Positions 16,931 through 26,585 of a stretch of DNA of 45,145 nt are shown here, one piece after another. The notes under the pieces are model-generated. The model ran no database searches and was not told the DNA's origin. It saw nothing but the letters and a program-made list of their open reading frames with translations. Origin of the DNA: a virus (lineage: Duplodnaviria > Caudoviricetes); the IMG/VR virus record IMGVR_UViG_3300042923_001790, positions 1 through 45,145 of that record. One strand, written 5' to 3'. The translations under genes were made by a program, and so were the position numbers. Numbering within the stretch: the first letter of the stretch is position 1; the number at the start of each line of letters is the position of its first letter.

Positions 16931-17839
16931 CTATTTCAGAGCGGCCGCCCGCTTGCGGTTGGAAGCCATCCGCGCGAGTTGGCTGTAGCTCTGGTCGTAG
17001 CTCTGAACCTTGTCCGCCATGCCGGCGGCAACGGCCATCGGGCCGATCTTCACGCCGCCCGCGCCGAACTCTTCCTTGACCCTCGCCGCCGTGGTGCCGC
17101 GAGCACGGGCCACGTCGGCGATGAACTGCGTCTCCAGCGCGTCGAGCATGGTGCGGATTTCAGCAAGACCTTCGTCGGTCGTCGGATCCGGTCGCTTGTT
17201 CGGCGCATTGGTGGAGACGACCTCGATGGTGACCTCGCCATGGCCATCCGGCTCGACCTGCTTGGGGATGGCCGCGACAACGCCGATGGAGCCAAGGATG
17301 CCCGTCTTCTCGGTTGCCATCTCGTTGGCCGCCGATCCGATCCAGTAGGCGGCAGAAGCCGCCGTTCCGGAAACATGGGCGAGAGTGAACTTGCTGCCGC
17401 GCCCCTTGTAGACTTGGTCGGCAAAGGAGTTGATGCCGGAAACAGCGCCGCCGGGACTGTCGAGCAGCAGCATGATGGCGTGGATGTCGCCATTGGCTTG
17501 CGCGAGCCGGTAATCGTTCTGCAGCATGGCGACCGACGATCCGCCGGAGTACTCCGTCATAACGTTCGCCCGCGGGAAAATCGGCCCGAACACCGGGATG
17601 ATCGCCACGCCGGCGTCCGTCACCATCGCGTAGCGGGCGCCGTCCATCCGGCGGACCGTGGGACCAGCGAACGCGCCGATGATCGCGGCCAGATCCCGCT
17701 TTCGCCAGGTCTCGCCTTCGCTTTCGGCATTGGCGGCACGTGCCTCGCGGTCCATGCCGGCGATGCTCGCCATGAGATGGAGATAGTCGGGACGGATGGC
17801 CCACGGCTCCGCCGTGAGCGCGTGCAGAGCTCGGATCAT
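16931..17839 (-). CDS. Prohead protease, S49 (SppA/ClpP-like) family
   Basis: DSPGG, AASAAYWIGS, GSIGV motifs. Confidence 0.92.
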   Translation of the reverse strand: MIRALHALTAEPWAIRPDYLHLMASIAGMDREARAANAESEGETWRKRDLAAIIGAFAGPTVRRMDGARYAMVTDAGVAIIPVFGPIFPRANVMTEYSGGSSVAMLQNDYRLAQANGDIHAIMLLLDSPGGAVSGINSFADQVYKGRGSKFTLAHVSGTAASAAYWIGSAANEMATEKTGILGSIGVVAAIPKQVEPDGHGEVTIEVVSTNAPNKRPDPTTDEGLAEIRTMLDALETQFIADVARARGTTAARVKEEFGAGGVKIGPMAVAAGMADKVQSYDQSYSQLARMASNRKRAAALK

Positions 17840-19137
17840 TCGTCGTCTCCCGTTGAGCGCTTGTCATCCGGACGATCCTGCTTCTGATCATCCTTCATCG
17901 GGTCCTCGCCAGCGGGGACCATGTTCAGCGGCGTCAGATAGGTCGTGCCCGCGCCATCAGGGAGCGGGTTCAGGCTCTCCCATTCGCGGATCTCATCGGC
18001 GTTGAGCCAGCCCCATTGGCGTCCGATCGCATAGGATCGATAGCGGGACAGGATGTCGCCACGCTGGAGATCATCGAGGTCGAGCTCGGGCTCGTATTCT
18101 TCATCCTCGTCCGCCGTCAGGCAGGAGATGCGCACTGCGCTCTCGACGGCCTTTGCGAGCGAGGAGATCGGACCGGTGACGTAGTCGATTCCCTGCTGTT
18201 CGATGTTGGAGAAGGTCGCCCGATCGAGAATGCCGACCTTGTGCGGGGGCACGCCGAACATGGTGCAACAGGCTACGGCCTGTTCCTTCCGGACCTCGAT
18301 CAGCTGGCTGTCACGGTTGTTGAAGGAGAACTCCTTGAGCTTCATGCCGAGCTCGAGGATCGCGACCTTGAAAGAGTTGTCGACGCCGGCATAGGCACGC
18401 TCAATCTGCTCCCGAAGCCGCTTGGCAACCGCATCGTTCGGGATTTGCTTTTCCATCTCGATGGCGATGCTCGGACGCGCGCCATTGGAAAAGAACCTTG
18501 CAGCAAACCTCTCGGCCGCGATGGCAAGAGCGATAGCCTCTCGATGCTGCTGGATCGGCGAAACGCCGATCACGCCGCCATTTTCTGCGAAGTCGTTCGA
18601 ACTGCGATAGGCGAGGTGAAGGACATCTTGATAGGAAAGCCCCTGACGCATGGGTCCGGCCAACGACACCACGTCGTAGAAGGGCTCTCCATCTTCGGTC
18701 CACCGGACCGTCGCCCGGCCAGGTTGAATGAGGCCGAACCGTTGAACGCGCCCCTCGTCGTCGCGATGAACTCGGCTGTAGGCGTTGCCGCGCGACAGCG
18801 CCGCGTGCACCATCGCGCGACGCCAAGCATAGCTGGACAGCCAGGGCGCTGAGCGGGACGCGAGTAGCCCGAACAGGGGATGATTGGTTGCCGGATCGCG
18901 CCTTCTGCCGTCGCCCTTCCGGTACAGGAGAAAGGGAACCTTGGCGATGTCATCCGCAAGGACCTGAATGCAGGCGGCAATGCCGGGAACCGTTAGGGCG
19001 TCCCGCACCGTCACCCGCAGCCCGGTCGCCGTGACGACACCCCCGAAGAGATCCGTCAGCCAGGTTTCAGGCATCGAGGTGCCCGACGGCGCCGGCGCTT
19101 CCGCCCGAATTCCCAGCAAGCCGGAGAACAAGCTCAT
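17836..19137 (-). CDS. Portal protein, HK97 family
   Basis: GNAYSRV, FFSNGARP, FGVPPHKVG, ATFSNIEQQ, NADEIREWE. Confidence 0.95.
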   Translation of the reverse strand: MSLFSGLLGIRAEAPAPSGTSMPETWLTDLFGGVVTATGLRVTVRDALTVPGIAACIQVLADDIAKVPFLLYRKGDGRRRDPATNHPLFGLLASRSAPWLSSYAWRRAMVHAALSRGNAYSRVHRDDEGRVQRFGLIQPGRATVRWTEDGEPFYDVVSLAGPMRQGLSYQDVLHLAYRSSNDFAENGGVIGVSPIQQHREAIALAIAAERFAARFFSNGARPSIAIEMEKQIPNDAVAKRLREQIERAYAGVDNSFKVAILELGMKLKEFSFNNRDSQLIEVRKEQAVACCTMFGVPPHKVGILDRATFSNIEQQGIDYVTGPISSLAKAVESAVRISCLTADEDEEYEPELDLDDLQRGDILSRYRSYAIGRQWGWLNADEIREWESLNPLPDGAGTTYLTPLNMVPAGEDPMKDDQKQDRPDDKRSTGDDE

Positions 19138-19325
19138 GACTTCGCCTTAAGCGCACCGATAACGGCAACCGCGTAGAGCATCGCCCCGCCGGCGGCGAAG
19201 CCGAGTGGCGGGTAGTGCAGCCATCCTCCGATGCCGACGAGAATGGCCCCAGCGGCTGCCAATGCCAGGCGGGTGGCATCGAGCGCGATGTCCAGCGCAA
19301 CGGCCGCTTTTTGCTGGTCACTCAT
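19134..19325 (-). CDS. Small two-TM membrane protein between terminase and portal
   Basis: Hydrophobic 63 aa ORF, 4-nt overlaps on both sides. Confidence 0.75.
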   Translation of the reverse strand: MSDQQKAAVALDIALDATRLALAAAGAILVGIGGWLHYPPLGFAAGGAMLYAVAVIGALKAKS

Positions 19326-21184
19326 CCAATCACCGTTAGTTCGAAGTCATCCGGGATGCCCTTCGGCGTCTGGATGTCCTTCCCCGCCGCGCCGGTCGCC
19401 ATGGCGATGGTCACCATGCCGTCGATGCGCCCCCGCGATCGCTTCTTGTCGAACGCTCGATTGTTCATCCCGTCCGACGCGACATGGGCATTCGCGGCGC
19501 ACGAATAGGTCACAGGTGAGGAATCGATCACGATGGACCCATCGAGGACCCGATCCTCAAGGCGTTCGATCGACCTTGGCATGCAAAGCCGTTCTATCGG
19601 CTTCCCCTGCTCATCGAGCTGCTTGTAGAAGAGCACCTTGGTCCCCTGCCCGTGCGGCACGAGCATCAGTCCAACGCCTGGAAGCGTGTCCGGCCCCTCG
19701 TAGAGCCAAGCGGGGAACCCGATCTCTTCACACGCCTCCATGAACACGCCCATGCCGGCGGGATCGAAAGCCAAGCATCGGACGTCGTGGCTCGCGCAGA
19801 TTTCCGCGACCTTGGCGGCAACAAAGGACTTGTCGATGACCGCTCCGTCGACGGCAGCGAGATGGCGCTCAATCACCCACCTTTCGTAGGGCGCGCCGTC
19901 CGCTTTCGAGCGCTCCGCCAGGCCACTCTTCGTCGTCCAGTACCAAGTTTTTGCGAAGAGCTTTCCGTCCTTCAGCCACACGGCCGTCAGGGCCGTCAGA
20001 TCGTTCTTTTGCGAAAGGTCGAGAGACAGCCAGCACGGGCATCCCCTGAACTCGTCCGGATCGACGCTTCCCTGGACTGCCGCCCAAGCCTCCTCGGCGA
20101 TCCAGAACTCGGTCGCGCCGATCGGAATGCCGAAATACAGGCGTTTGACCGAGAGCGAAGTCGAAAGAAGGACCTTGGCTGTCTTGACCTGGCCTCGGAC
20201 GTTCTCGATCGGGAAGGTGATCCCAAGCGCCGGGAGCGCCTTGGGCCAGCACTTCTCGTTCTCGAAGACCGTCTCCCTATCGGCCTTGTCCACACGTGCG
20301 ACGAAGGCGAACGCCTCGTCGTCGTCGACCTCCCCTTTTGCGACCTTCTGGTAGAATTCCGAGTATTCGGTGCCGACCAGCTGCGTCGACGAGGGCGTGT
20401 TGGTGCCGAGCAGCATGAGAGCGTCACCCGGCATCTTGCCGATAGCGCCCTTCCACACCTCGATCGACGTGTTGTTCTTGAACTCGTGGATTTCGTCGGC
20501 CAGCACCGCCGCCGGCCGCGGACCGGAGATGGCCTCGCCGTTCGCCAGCGACTGGAATTTCGAGCTCGTCTCCGGATGCTCGATCTTCCAGGCGTTGTCG
20601 AGCTCGCCACGGATGATGACCTCGCCGCGTTGCTCGAGGGTGTCGGTCTCGTCGTCGCCGGGTGGAATCGGCGCTCGGCACATCGCCACGGCGTCCTTGA
20701 ACAGGACGTTGGCGGTCGCGCGGTCCTGACCGATCGAATAGACCTCCGAACGCTGGATGCCGTACCAGCCCATCAGGTACAGGCCAATCGCAGCCATGAA
20801 TGGACTTTTGGCCTGCCCCTTACCGGTTTCGAACCAACCGTGGCGAAACCTCATCCTTCCCGTAGCCAATCGCCAGCCGAACAGCGAGCCGCCGCAGAAG
20901 ACGTGCCATGGAAGCGGATGGAACGGCTTTCCCTGCAGCGAACCGGCGGTGATGCTCAATACCGCCGGCATGAAGCGCAGCGGGACGGCCGCCATCTCCG
21001 GTCGCCAGAAGATGCCCCGGCGCTCGCCGTCCTTGATGTCGCGGAGATGGCGCTCCGCGGCATGACAGACCAACTCGCCCGCTACGATTCGACCGCCGAC
21101 GACCTGCCTCGCCCAATCGGTCGTCGGGTCACTTGGAAACCGGCCGGAGGAACTCGTCCGCGGCGCGCTGGGCTTTCTTGCCAC
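19322..21184 (-). CDS. terL: Terminase large subunit
   Basis: Walker A-like GKGQAKS, Walker B LADEIHE, nuclease LDLSQKNDLTA, RIDGMV. Confidence 0.95.
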   Translation of the reverse strand: MARKPSAPRTSSSGRFPSDPTTDWARQVVGGRIVAGELVCHAAERHLRDIKDGERRGIFWRPEMAAVPLRFMPAVLSITAGSLQGKPFHPLPWHVFCGGSLFGWRLATGRMRFRHGWFETGKGQAKSPFMAAIGLYLMGWYGIQRSEVYSIGQDRATANVLFKDAVAMCRAPIPPGDDETDTLEQRGEVIIRGELDNAWKIEHPETSSKFQSLANGEAISGPRPAAVLADEIHEFKNNTSIEVWKGAIGKMPGDALMLLGTNTPSSTQLVGTEYSEFYQKVAKGEVDDDEAFAFVARVDKADRETVFENEKCWPKALPALGITFPIENVRGQVKTAKVLLSTSLSVKRLYFGIPIGATEFWIAEEAWAAVQGSVDPDEFRGCPCWLSLDLSQKNDLTALTAVWLKDGKLFAKTWYWTTKSGLAERSKADGAPYERWVIERHLAAVDGAVIDKSFVAAKVAEICASHDVRCLAFDPAGMGVFMEACEEIGFPAWLYEGPDTLPGVGLMLVPHGQGTKVLFYKQLDEQGKPIERLCMPRSIERLEDRVLDGSIVIDSSPVTYSCAANAHVASDGMNNRAFDKKRSRGRIDGMVTIAMATGAAGKDIQTPKGIPDDFELTVIG

Positions 21185-21566
21185 GTTGCACCTTTCCGGC
21201 CTTGGCGCGACGAACAGGCGCTATGCCGAGCTCCGCCTCGAGCACCCGGATGTGCTCATCCGCCTGGCGCATGATGGTCCAGTAGGGGCTGACCTGAGGG
21301 ACCTTCGTCCGGCGGGCCTTGAGGATGGTTCCGTGCTCGGCGATCTGCCGTGCCGCCCGCCGATACTCGACGTAGAACTCGACGAGGCGCTGCATCGCGT
21401 GGCCGTTGACGATCGCCAACGTCGCCGCGTTCTTCATCTCACGTTCGATGATGCCCCATCGCTCGTGAGCTTCGGCGATGTCGAGCTCATCGGCGAATTG
21501 AGAGGTCCAATCTGGCTCCGGCGGAACCCCGTCACCACCGTCAACGGAGGTAAGCTGCATCGTCAT
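21129..21566 (-). CDS. terS: Terminase small subunit (P27 family)
   Basis: PPEPDW...SPYWTIMRQA...ELGIAPVRR; position. Confidence 0.88.
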   Translation of the reverse strand: MTMQLTSVDGGDGVPPEPDWTSQFADELDIAEAHERWGIIEREMKNAATLAIVNGHAMQRLVEFYVEYRRAARQIAEHGTILKARRTKVPQVSPYWTIMRQADEHIRVLEAELGIAPVRRAKAGKVQRGKKAQRAADEFLRPVSK

Positions 21567-21683
21567 CCCCTACGGGGATGGCCGAAACCCCCCTTCCAAA
21601 ATTTGCTCGCAGTGCGAATGCTTGACCCCATGCGGTCCGGGCCCCGGTCGCTCTAGAGATTTAGCACCCCCCGGGGGTACTGC
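21567..21683. other. Probable cos/packaging region
   Basis: Non-coding gap between HNH and terS genes, the usual cos position in HK97-like phages; exact site not determined. Confidence 0.45.
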
Positions 21684-22061
21684 TCAGCCTCTGCGGTTCC
21701 AAGGGTGGTTCGGGTCGAGTGGCCGACCGTCGACCGTGCAGCCGCGCATCCCGCCATCGCCGCGTTCTTCGCGCTGCTTTGAGCTTGAGTGATGCGCGAC
21801 GCAGAGTGGCTGCCAGTTGTGCTTGTCCCAGAACAGGACTCGCGCCTTCGCCAGTTCATCGGGCGTGCAGGCCTCGGCAAGGCGATGCGGCACGATGTGA
21901 TCGACGATCGTTGCTTTCGTCCGGCTGCCCTGCAGCGCACATCGACAGCACCATTCGTGAGTGCGCAGGAACTCCCTGCGCGCCTTGTCCCACTTGCTGT
22001 CGTAGCCGCGCTGGCGAGCTCCAGGTCGCACGCCGTCAGGTCTCCTGCTCGGCAATGCCAC
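21684..22061 (-). CDS. HNH endonuclease (terminase-associated, HK97 gp74-like)
   Basis: RGYDSKW...VDHIVPH...NWQPLCVAHHSSSKQ. Confidence 0.92.
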   Translation of the reverse strand: MALPSRRPDGVRPGARQRGYDSKWDKARREFLRTHEWCCRCALQGSRTKATIVDHIVPHRLAEACTPDELAKARVLFWDKHNWQPLCVAHHSSSKQREERGDGGMRGCTVDGRPLDPNHPWNRRG

Positions 22062-22198
22062 GCCGACACCTCACCACGCGCCAGGCCGGCTGCTGCGTCG
22101 CCCATTCGTTCATGGATGCAGTGCATTCCATCGACTGACCTATTGGCGGCGCGCTGCCGACGATGCAGGATCGGCGGGTTGTCAGGTGGGGGCGCACC

Positions 22199-22399
22199 AT
22201 GGCCAAACTTGAGAAGTCGCCGAGGGAGCGCGCTGCTCGCGCGCTATGTGGTCTATCCGGCAATCCTGAGAACGCGATGTTCGAAGGGGAGCCGATGTGG
22301 AAGAGCTTCCTCGATGAAGTAGACACGGTCTTGATCGCGGCACTCAGCGAGGAAGAATGGCGCAGGATCCGCGCCCTCGATCCCCCAGATCCCGAATAA
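22199..22399 (+). CDS. Small hypothetical moron protein (66 aa)
   Basis: SPRERAARALC...GEPMWKSFLDEVD; ATG 22199. Confidence 0.7.
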   Translation: MAKLEKSPRERAARALCGLSGNPENAMFEGEPMWKSFLDEVDTVLIAALSEEEWRRIRALDPPDPE

Positions 22400-22417
22400 G
22401 GTTCCTGCCGCCAGGCG

Positions 22418-22443
22418 GGAACTGCCCTGCTCACGGACGGGTT
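22418..22443 (+). promoter_or_regulatory. EcfG (general stress sigma)-type promoter
   Basis: GGAAC-N17-GGTT upstream of the PRC-barrel gene. Confidence 0.65.
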
Positions 22444-22472
22444 GAGATGGCACACCATTAGGAGTGCCAATC

Positions 22473-22787
22473 ATGGACCACGCCAATCACGTTCGCCTTC
22501 TGCCCTCGGAACTCACCTCCGACGTTCTCGAGAGCGCACCCATCTATGGCCCCAACGACGAGAAGATCGGGTCCGTCTCTCATCTGCACGGCAGCGGACC
22601 CGATTCCAGCGTGGTGGTGGACGTCGGCGGCTTCCTCGGAATCGGTGCCAAGCCGGTTGCTCTGCCGATCCAAGATCTGGACGTCATGCGCGATGAAAGC
22701 GGCGAGGTCCATGCCGTCACCCGCTGGACAAAGGAACAGTTGAAAGACCTGCCGGAACATACCGACGACGCCAAGTTCTCCGGCTGA
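22473..22787 (+). CDS. PRC-barrel domain protein
   Basis: IYGPNDEKIGSV...VVDVGGFLGIGAKPVAL; GGAG RBS. Confidence 0.9.
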   Translation: MDHANHVRLLPSELTSDVLESAPIYGPNDEKIGSVSHLHGSGPDSSVVVDVGGFLGIGAKPVALPIQDLDVMRDESGEVHAVTRWTKEQLKDLPEHTDDAKFSG

Positions 22788-22818
22788 CGAGAACTCCGTC
22801 TAGCTTCCCCGCGCTATG

Positions 22819-22858
22819 AAAACGCCCGCTGTTTTTTGTACAGCGGGCGTTCTTTTTC
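22819..22858. terminator. Bidirectional terminator between convergent morons
   Basis: 12-bp stem AACGCCCGCTGT/ACAGCGGGCGTT with A- and T-runs on the flanks. Confidence 0.8.
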
Positions 22859-22876
22859 CAGTTCGACACGTCGCGC

Positions 22877-23791
22877 TTATCGCGTTCTCACGTATAGATT
22901 GTCGTCGTCCCGCTGATAGCCGCCGATGGCAGCGGCGACGGCAGCGATGAACGCCCCGACCATCATCGAAAGTGCGGCAAGGAGGGCGAATGTCGCGCTG
23001 GCCTTGCGCGCGGTGTCCGCCGCCTGCTGCGCCTTCACCTTCGCGTCGTTCACCTGCTTCAGCACAGCATCGACCCGCGCTGTGGCGTCAGCCTCCGATA
23101 GCCCCGTGCGTGCGGCGACCAGTTGGCCGAGATAGGCCTTGTCGCCAGGCGAGACCTCTCCAGCGGCCGCGCTCGCCAGGAGGATCCGGGACGCCTGCGA
23201 AGCCGCCGCTGCATCGCCCTCCGGTCCGGGCTCCGCCTGCTTTGCGGGATCGCTCGGACGGAACAACGCGTCGACAAAATAGGCAGCCGCGTTCGACGTC
23301 TCACCGGAACCTGCATTCGACGTCGCGCCAGCCGAAGCGCCTAGCGCGGCGCCCGAGGCGACGGTAGATGCCGCCTGAACACCGGTGCTCACGGTCGACG
23401 AAATAGCGGACCCCAGAACCGACACAACCAGCAGAGTGGCCAGCGCCCAGGCCAGAAAACCATGGGCAGTGTCACGGAACATCGCCTCACCTGTTTTGGG
23501 CCCGGTCCATTTCGTCCGCAGGCGGCCGGTCAGATAACCGCCGAGTCCCGACGAAAGCCACTGCACCACGACAAGCCAGATGGCCGTCGAGACCGCGAAA
23601 GTCGTGACGCTTGCGCTCTCGTTGACCCACGGAGAAACCATGGTGAGCCCGATGCCGGAGCCAACCAGCATCAAAACGAATGTCAGAGCCGAGGCCGCAA
23701 CGGCGCCCGCAATGACTGGTCCCCAGCTTACAGCGGATGAAGACGATTCAACCGTCGCTGCGGTCGTCGTCGCTGAATATGTCTCGGCCAT
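22877..23791 (-). CDS. Multi-pass membrane protein of rhizobial type (304 aa)
   Basis: SAVSWGPVIAGA...GGYLTGRLR...RDTAHGFLAWA; several TM segments; AGGAGG RBS. Confidence 0.85.
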   Translation of the reverse strand: MAETYSATTTAATVESSSSAVSWGPVIAGAVAASALTFVLMLVGSGIGLTMVSPWVNESASVTTFAVSTAIWLVVVQWLSSGLGGYLTGRLRTKWTGPKTGEAMFRDTAHGFLAWALATLLVVSVLGSAISSTVSTGVQAASTVASGAALGASAGATSNAGSGETSNAAAYFVDALFRPSDPAKQAEPGPEGDAAAASQASRILLASAAAGEVSPGDKAYLGQLVAARTGLSEADATARVDAVLKQVNDAKVKAQQAADTARKASATFALLAALSMMVGAFIAAVAAAIGGYQRDDDNLYVRTR

Positions 23792-23890
23792 GGATTTCCT
23801 CCTGACTGAACAGCGCGCGAGCGTGTCATGGAGGGGCCCAGGATCGCCGTCGTGCCGGCGGTTTCACGGCTCGTGAGTTCCGCGCCTGAT

Positions 23891-23916
23891 AACAGGAGGA
23901 CGGTTACGAAGGTTCC
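23891..23916 (-). promoter_or_regulatory. EcfG-type promoter
   Basis: Minus strand GGAAC-N17-TGTT upstream of the 304-aa membrane gene. Confidence 0.6.
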
Positions 23917-23941
23917 TTGGATGAGAGCGCGTCTCGGGCAC

Positions 23942-23972
23942 AAAAAAACGCCCGCAGCGGGAGCAGCGGGCG
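23942..23972 (-). terminator. Rho-independent terminator ending the early-leftward operon
   Basis: Minus strand CGCCCGC...GCGGGCG followed by T7. Confidence 0.75.
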
Positions 23973-24055
23973 CATTTCGTTCCGATCATGAATTTCGTCG
24001 GCAATTAGGACTGATTTGCTCGATCTACGCAAGAGGGTGCCCTCGGATTGCGCAC

Positions 24056-24751
24056 CTATTTGTACGTGATGTCGAGCTCCCTTTCCTCGTGCCCCCATAA
24101 TGGCCGGTCCGCCCGCTGTGCCCGCACCCTGGGCTTTGGCCCGTGCTTCTCTTCCATCGGGTCGTGCGGCCGCTCCATCCGCCACAAGCGAGCCAGCTGA
24201 CCAAGACCTGCTTTCAAGACCTGGAGGAGCGCGAAGTCGACCTCGGCATCGCGAAGCACGACGCTCTCCATGACGGCAAATACCTGCCGCTTGTCCGACA
24301 GCCGCCGAATGGCATTCATGGCAGCACTGTGCTGCACGAGCACGCGTTCGCGACGTTCTTCGTCCGTCTCCCGCTCTGCCGCCGTCCCCGACCTCTCCGA
24401 ACGATTGCGGCTTTCGCTGTCGACTTCATCGGCAACCATCTGCCCCATGGCCGAACCGGGCATGACCGGGGCGGCAAGCACCTGGTGGAACTCGCCGACG
24501 AGCTTGCGCCAGCGGTCGCCGGCCCAATACTCGGATTCCGTGATCTTCCCGGCGAGCAGCAGGCGGCCAAGGGCGTTCTCTGCCAGTTGGTCGCTGCGGC
24601 GCCCCTTGCCGAGCCAGGCGCGGTGCGGCTGCGAGAGCGCCACGTCCATGACGCCCCGCAGGCCACGCACGGCGCGCTCGGCATTGGCCTCCGACAGCTT
24701 CCCCGAACGGGTGCGCCGCCCTTCTTTCCTCTTCCGTCCCTTGCGTGCCAT
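24056..24751 (-). CDS. Probable late-gene regulator (Q-position protein)
   Basis: Basic N-terminus, LGRLLLAGKITESEYWAG, LKAGLGQLARLW; last gene of the replication operon. Confidence 0.55.
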   Translation of the reverse strand: MARKGRKRKEGRRTRSGKLSEANAERAVRGLRGVMDVALSQPHRAWLGKGRRSDQLAENALGRLLLAGKITESEYWAGDRWRKLVGEFHQVLAAPVMPGSAMGQMVADEVDSESRNRSERSGTAAERETDEERRERVLVQHSAAMNAIRRLSDKRQVFAVMESVVLRDAEVDFALLQVLKAGLGQLARLWRMERPHDPMEEKHGPKPRVRAQRADRPLWGHEERELDITYK

Positions 24752-24766
24752 CGTCCCTCTCCGCCG

Positions 24767-25786
24767 CTATCGTTCGCCTGCCGCTTGCTGTCGCCTATCC
24801 GGCCCGTCTCGGCTCGGTGGCCACTCGCTCGGAAGCCGTTTTCCCGTCATCTTGTTCGGACGGCCGGCAAATGGGCGCGCCGGATAAACCTCCGCCCTCA
24901 GCGGAAGCCCGGCTTCATCGGCAACGGACTGCCAAGCATCCCACTGAGGTGTGCCGAGCTCGACGATTACGCCGCCGGAGAAGTTAGGCTGGAATGACCT
25001 CCGCAGCGCTGCCACGCCGGGGCTGTCTGGCACCCTCGGCTTCAGCGAGACGGCGAAGTTCTTGAACGTGCCGCGGAGATAGGCCGACGGGTCGGTCATT
25101 TTCCGGTGTTCCTTGGCACAGACTGCGCGGTAGGCCGGGATTGCTGCCACCGCGGCCTTGCACTCGTCCTCGGTCAGCTTGAGCCATTGGCGATGGCCGC
25201 GGTGCTTGGGCCATGCCTGCGAGGGGCCGTACTCAGCCAGGAAGGCGAGATAGGCCGGATCGGCCTCCCATCCCGCTTCCCCTGACGAAGTCCCCTCGCC
25301 CACCGCCCCCTTGGGGGCTATGGGGGTATTTGTTCTCTTTTCCGTATTTGGTTCTTCTATATGCACAGCCTGAAAAGCCGCGCGCGGCAAAGCCGGTTGT
25401 GGGTGGTGTTTAGGTGTGTCGAGAGCCACAACCGGATTTTCAGGCTGTGGCTCAACGCCGTCAGCATCGTCAGAGGCGCTATCCATAGTATCGGCTGGCT
25501 CGTCGTACACAACATAGTCGATGCCGTTGAATGCACGGGTGACCGGATCGCGGGTCCGTTCCCGTTTTATCCAGCCCGCGTCGACTAGCTCGGCAACGAC
25601 GCGCTGCGTCTTGTCTCGGCCGATCTTGAAGCGCTCAGAGAGATGGGCGAGTTCGACGTTCCAGTCCCCCGGCCGGGAGCGCAGATAGCAGAGCACGCCC
25701 ATGGCTTCCGCTGACAGACGCTCATCGTCCAGGACGGCATTCGGTAGGACCGTGAAGTTGCGGTTGTAGCGGCGACGGATGATCAC
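24767..25786 (-). CDS. Phage replication initiator (N-terminal winged HTH)
   Basis: NFTVLPNAVLDDERLSAEAMGVLCYLRSRP...ELVDAGWI. Confidence 0.85.
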   Translation of the reverse strand: MIIRRRYNRNFTVLPNAVLDDERLSAEAMGVLCYLRSRPGDWNVELAHLSERFKIGRDKTQRVVAELVDAGWIKRERTRDPVTRAFNGIDYVVYDEPADTMDSASDDADGVEPQPENPVVALDTPKHHPQPALPRAAFQAVHIEEPNTEKRTNTPIAPKGAVGEGTSSGEAGWEADPAYLAFLAEYGPSQAWPKHRGHRQWLKLTEDECKAAVAAIPAYRAVCAKEHRKMTDPSAYLRGTFKNFAVSLKPRVPDSPGVAALRRSFQPNFSGGVIVELGTPQWDAWQSVADEAGLPLRAEVYPARPFAGRPNKMTGKRLPSEWPPSRDGPDRRQQAAGER

Positions 25787-26106
25787 GGATCTGTCTCCGC
25801 AACCTTTCCGGCTGCCAGTAAGTCGAGGACCGTGCCGATCGGGGAAAGCGCCCTGCCCTGCTCGTCACGCGATAGGCCGTGTCTCAGCACATCGGGGCTG
25901 GCGCCGTGCTGCAGAGCGATGGACGTCACCACCGCGGCGTCTCGGGCATTCACCTCGACATCGGTCCCGGCCTTCGGGCCACAGAGGAAGATCTCGCCCA
26001 GGCGGCCGTCGTCGTAATAACCGAACGTGGCCGTGTAGCTGATGCCCTTCACTTCGATCTCGAAGCTCTCGGCGGCGCGGCGGTCGGGGAGCAGTTCGCG
26101 CGTCAT
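25783..26106 (-). CDS. TSCPD-like (NrdJ C-terminal-like) small protein
   Basis: RELLPDRR...DGRLGEIFL...SIALQHGA. Confidence 0.7.
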   Translation of the reverse strand: MTRELLPDRRAAESFEIEVKGISYTATFGYYDDGRLGEIFLCGPKAGTDVEVNARDAAVVTSIALQHGASPDVLRHGLSRDEQGRALSPIGTVLDLLAAGKVAETDP

Positions 26107-26207
26107 GGACGCCCCCCGACCGAGAACAGACGAGTTTGCTTCGAATTTTCGCGGAACCTTACGGCATGTGGGGCGTTCGCCGCTGGATCAAGGGTGACGC
26201 CTAAAGC

Positions 26208-26513
26208 GTGGGGACGACGGTGGAAATTCTCCGCAGACTGACGGGGACGGGCATGTTGCGCCCGCCCGGCATGGCAGCTGCCAAAGCTGAGTACTGGATC
26301 TCCGTAAGGCGCCGAAAGACCGGCCCAAAAGCCGGCGAGGTGATCATTGGCGGGCAGGTCGAGACCAATATGGCCGCGCTTCTCAGCGCTCGCGACGGTC
26401 GCGCCTGGCTGACGCTGGAGACCGGTGCGATCTACGAGGTGGAACTGCACCACCTCACCACCACGACGGCCGAGTTCCGCGTATTGCCTCCTTTCGATAG
26501 CCTGCTCGACTAA
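26208..26513 (+). CDS. Hypothetical protein (inverted insert); start uncertain
   Basis: Coherent beta-rich ORF, first of three plus-strand ORFs. Confidence 0.55.
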   Translation: MGTTVEILRRLTGTGMLRPPGMAAAKAEYWISVRRRKTGPKAGEVIIGGQVETNMAALLSARDGRAWLTLETGAIYEVELHHLTTTTAEFRVLPPFDSLLD

Positions 26514-26585
26514 AGCGCACTTGTGCACATTTGAGCCCGGGCCTGCGTCCGATAGAGTATCGTGCTGGGTAGGGAGTTCGCCGTT

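Noticed and set aside
16379-21274. Plus-strand ORFs of 502, 278 and 540 aa
   Set aside because: Shadows of the capsid/protease, portal and terminase genes; no recognisable motifs.
23860-23881. Second GGAAC motif upstream of the 304-aa membrane gene
   Set aside because: No GTT-type -10 element at the expected spacing.
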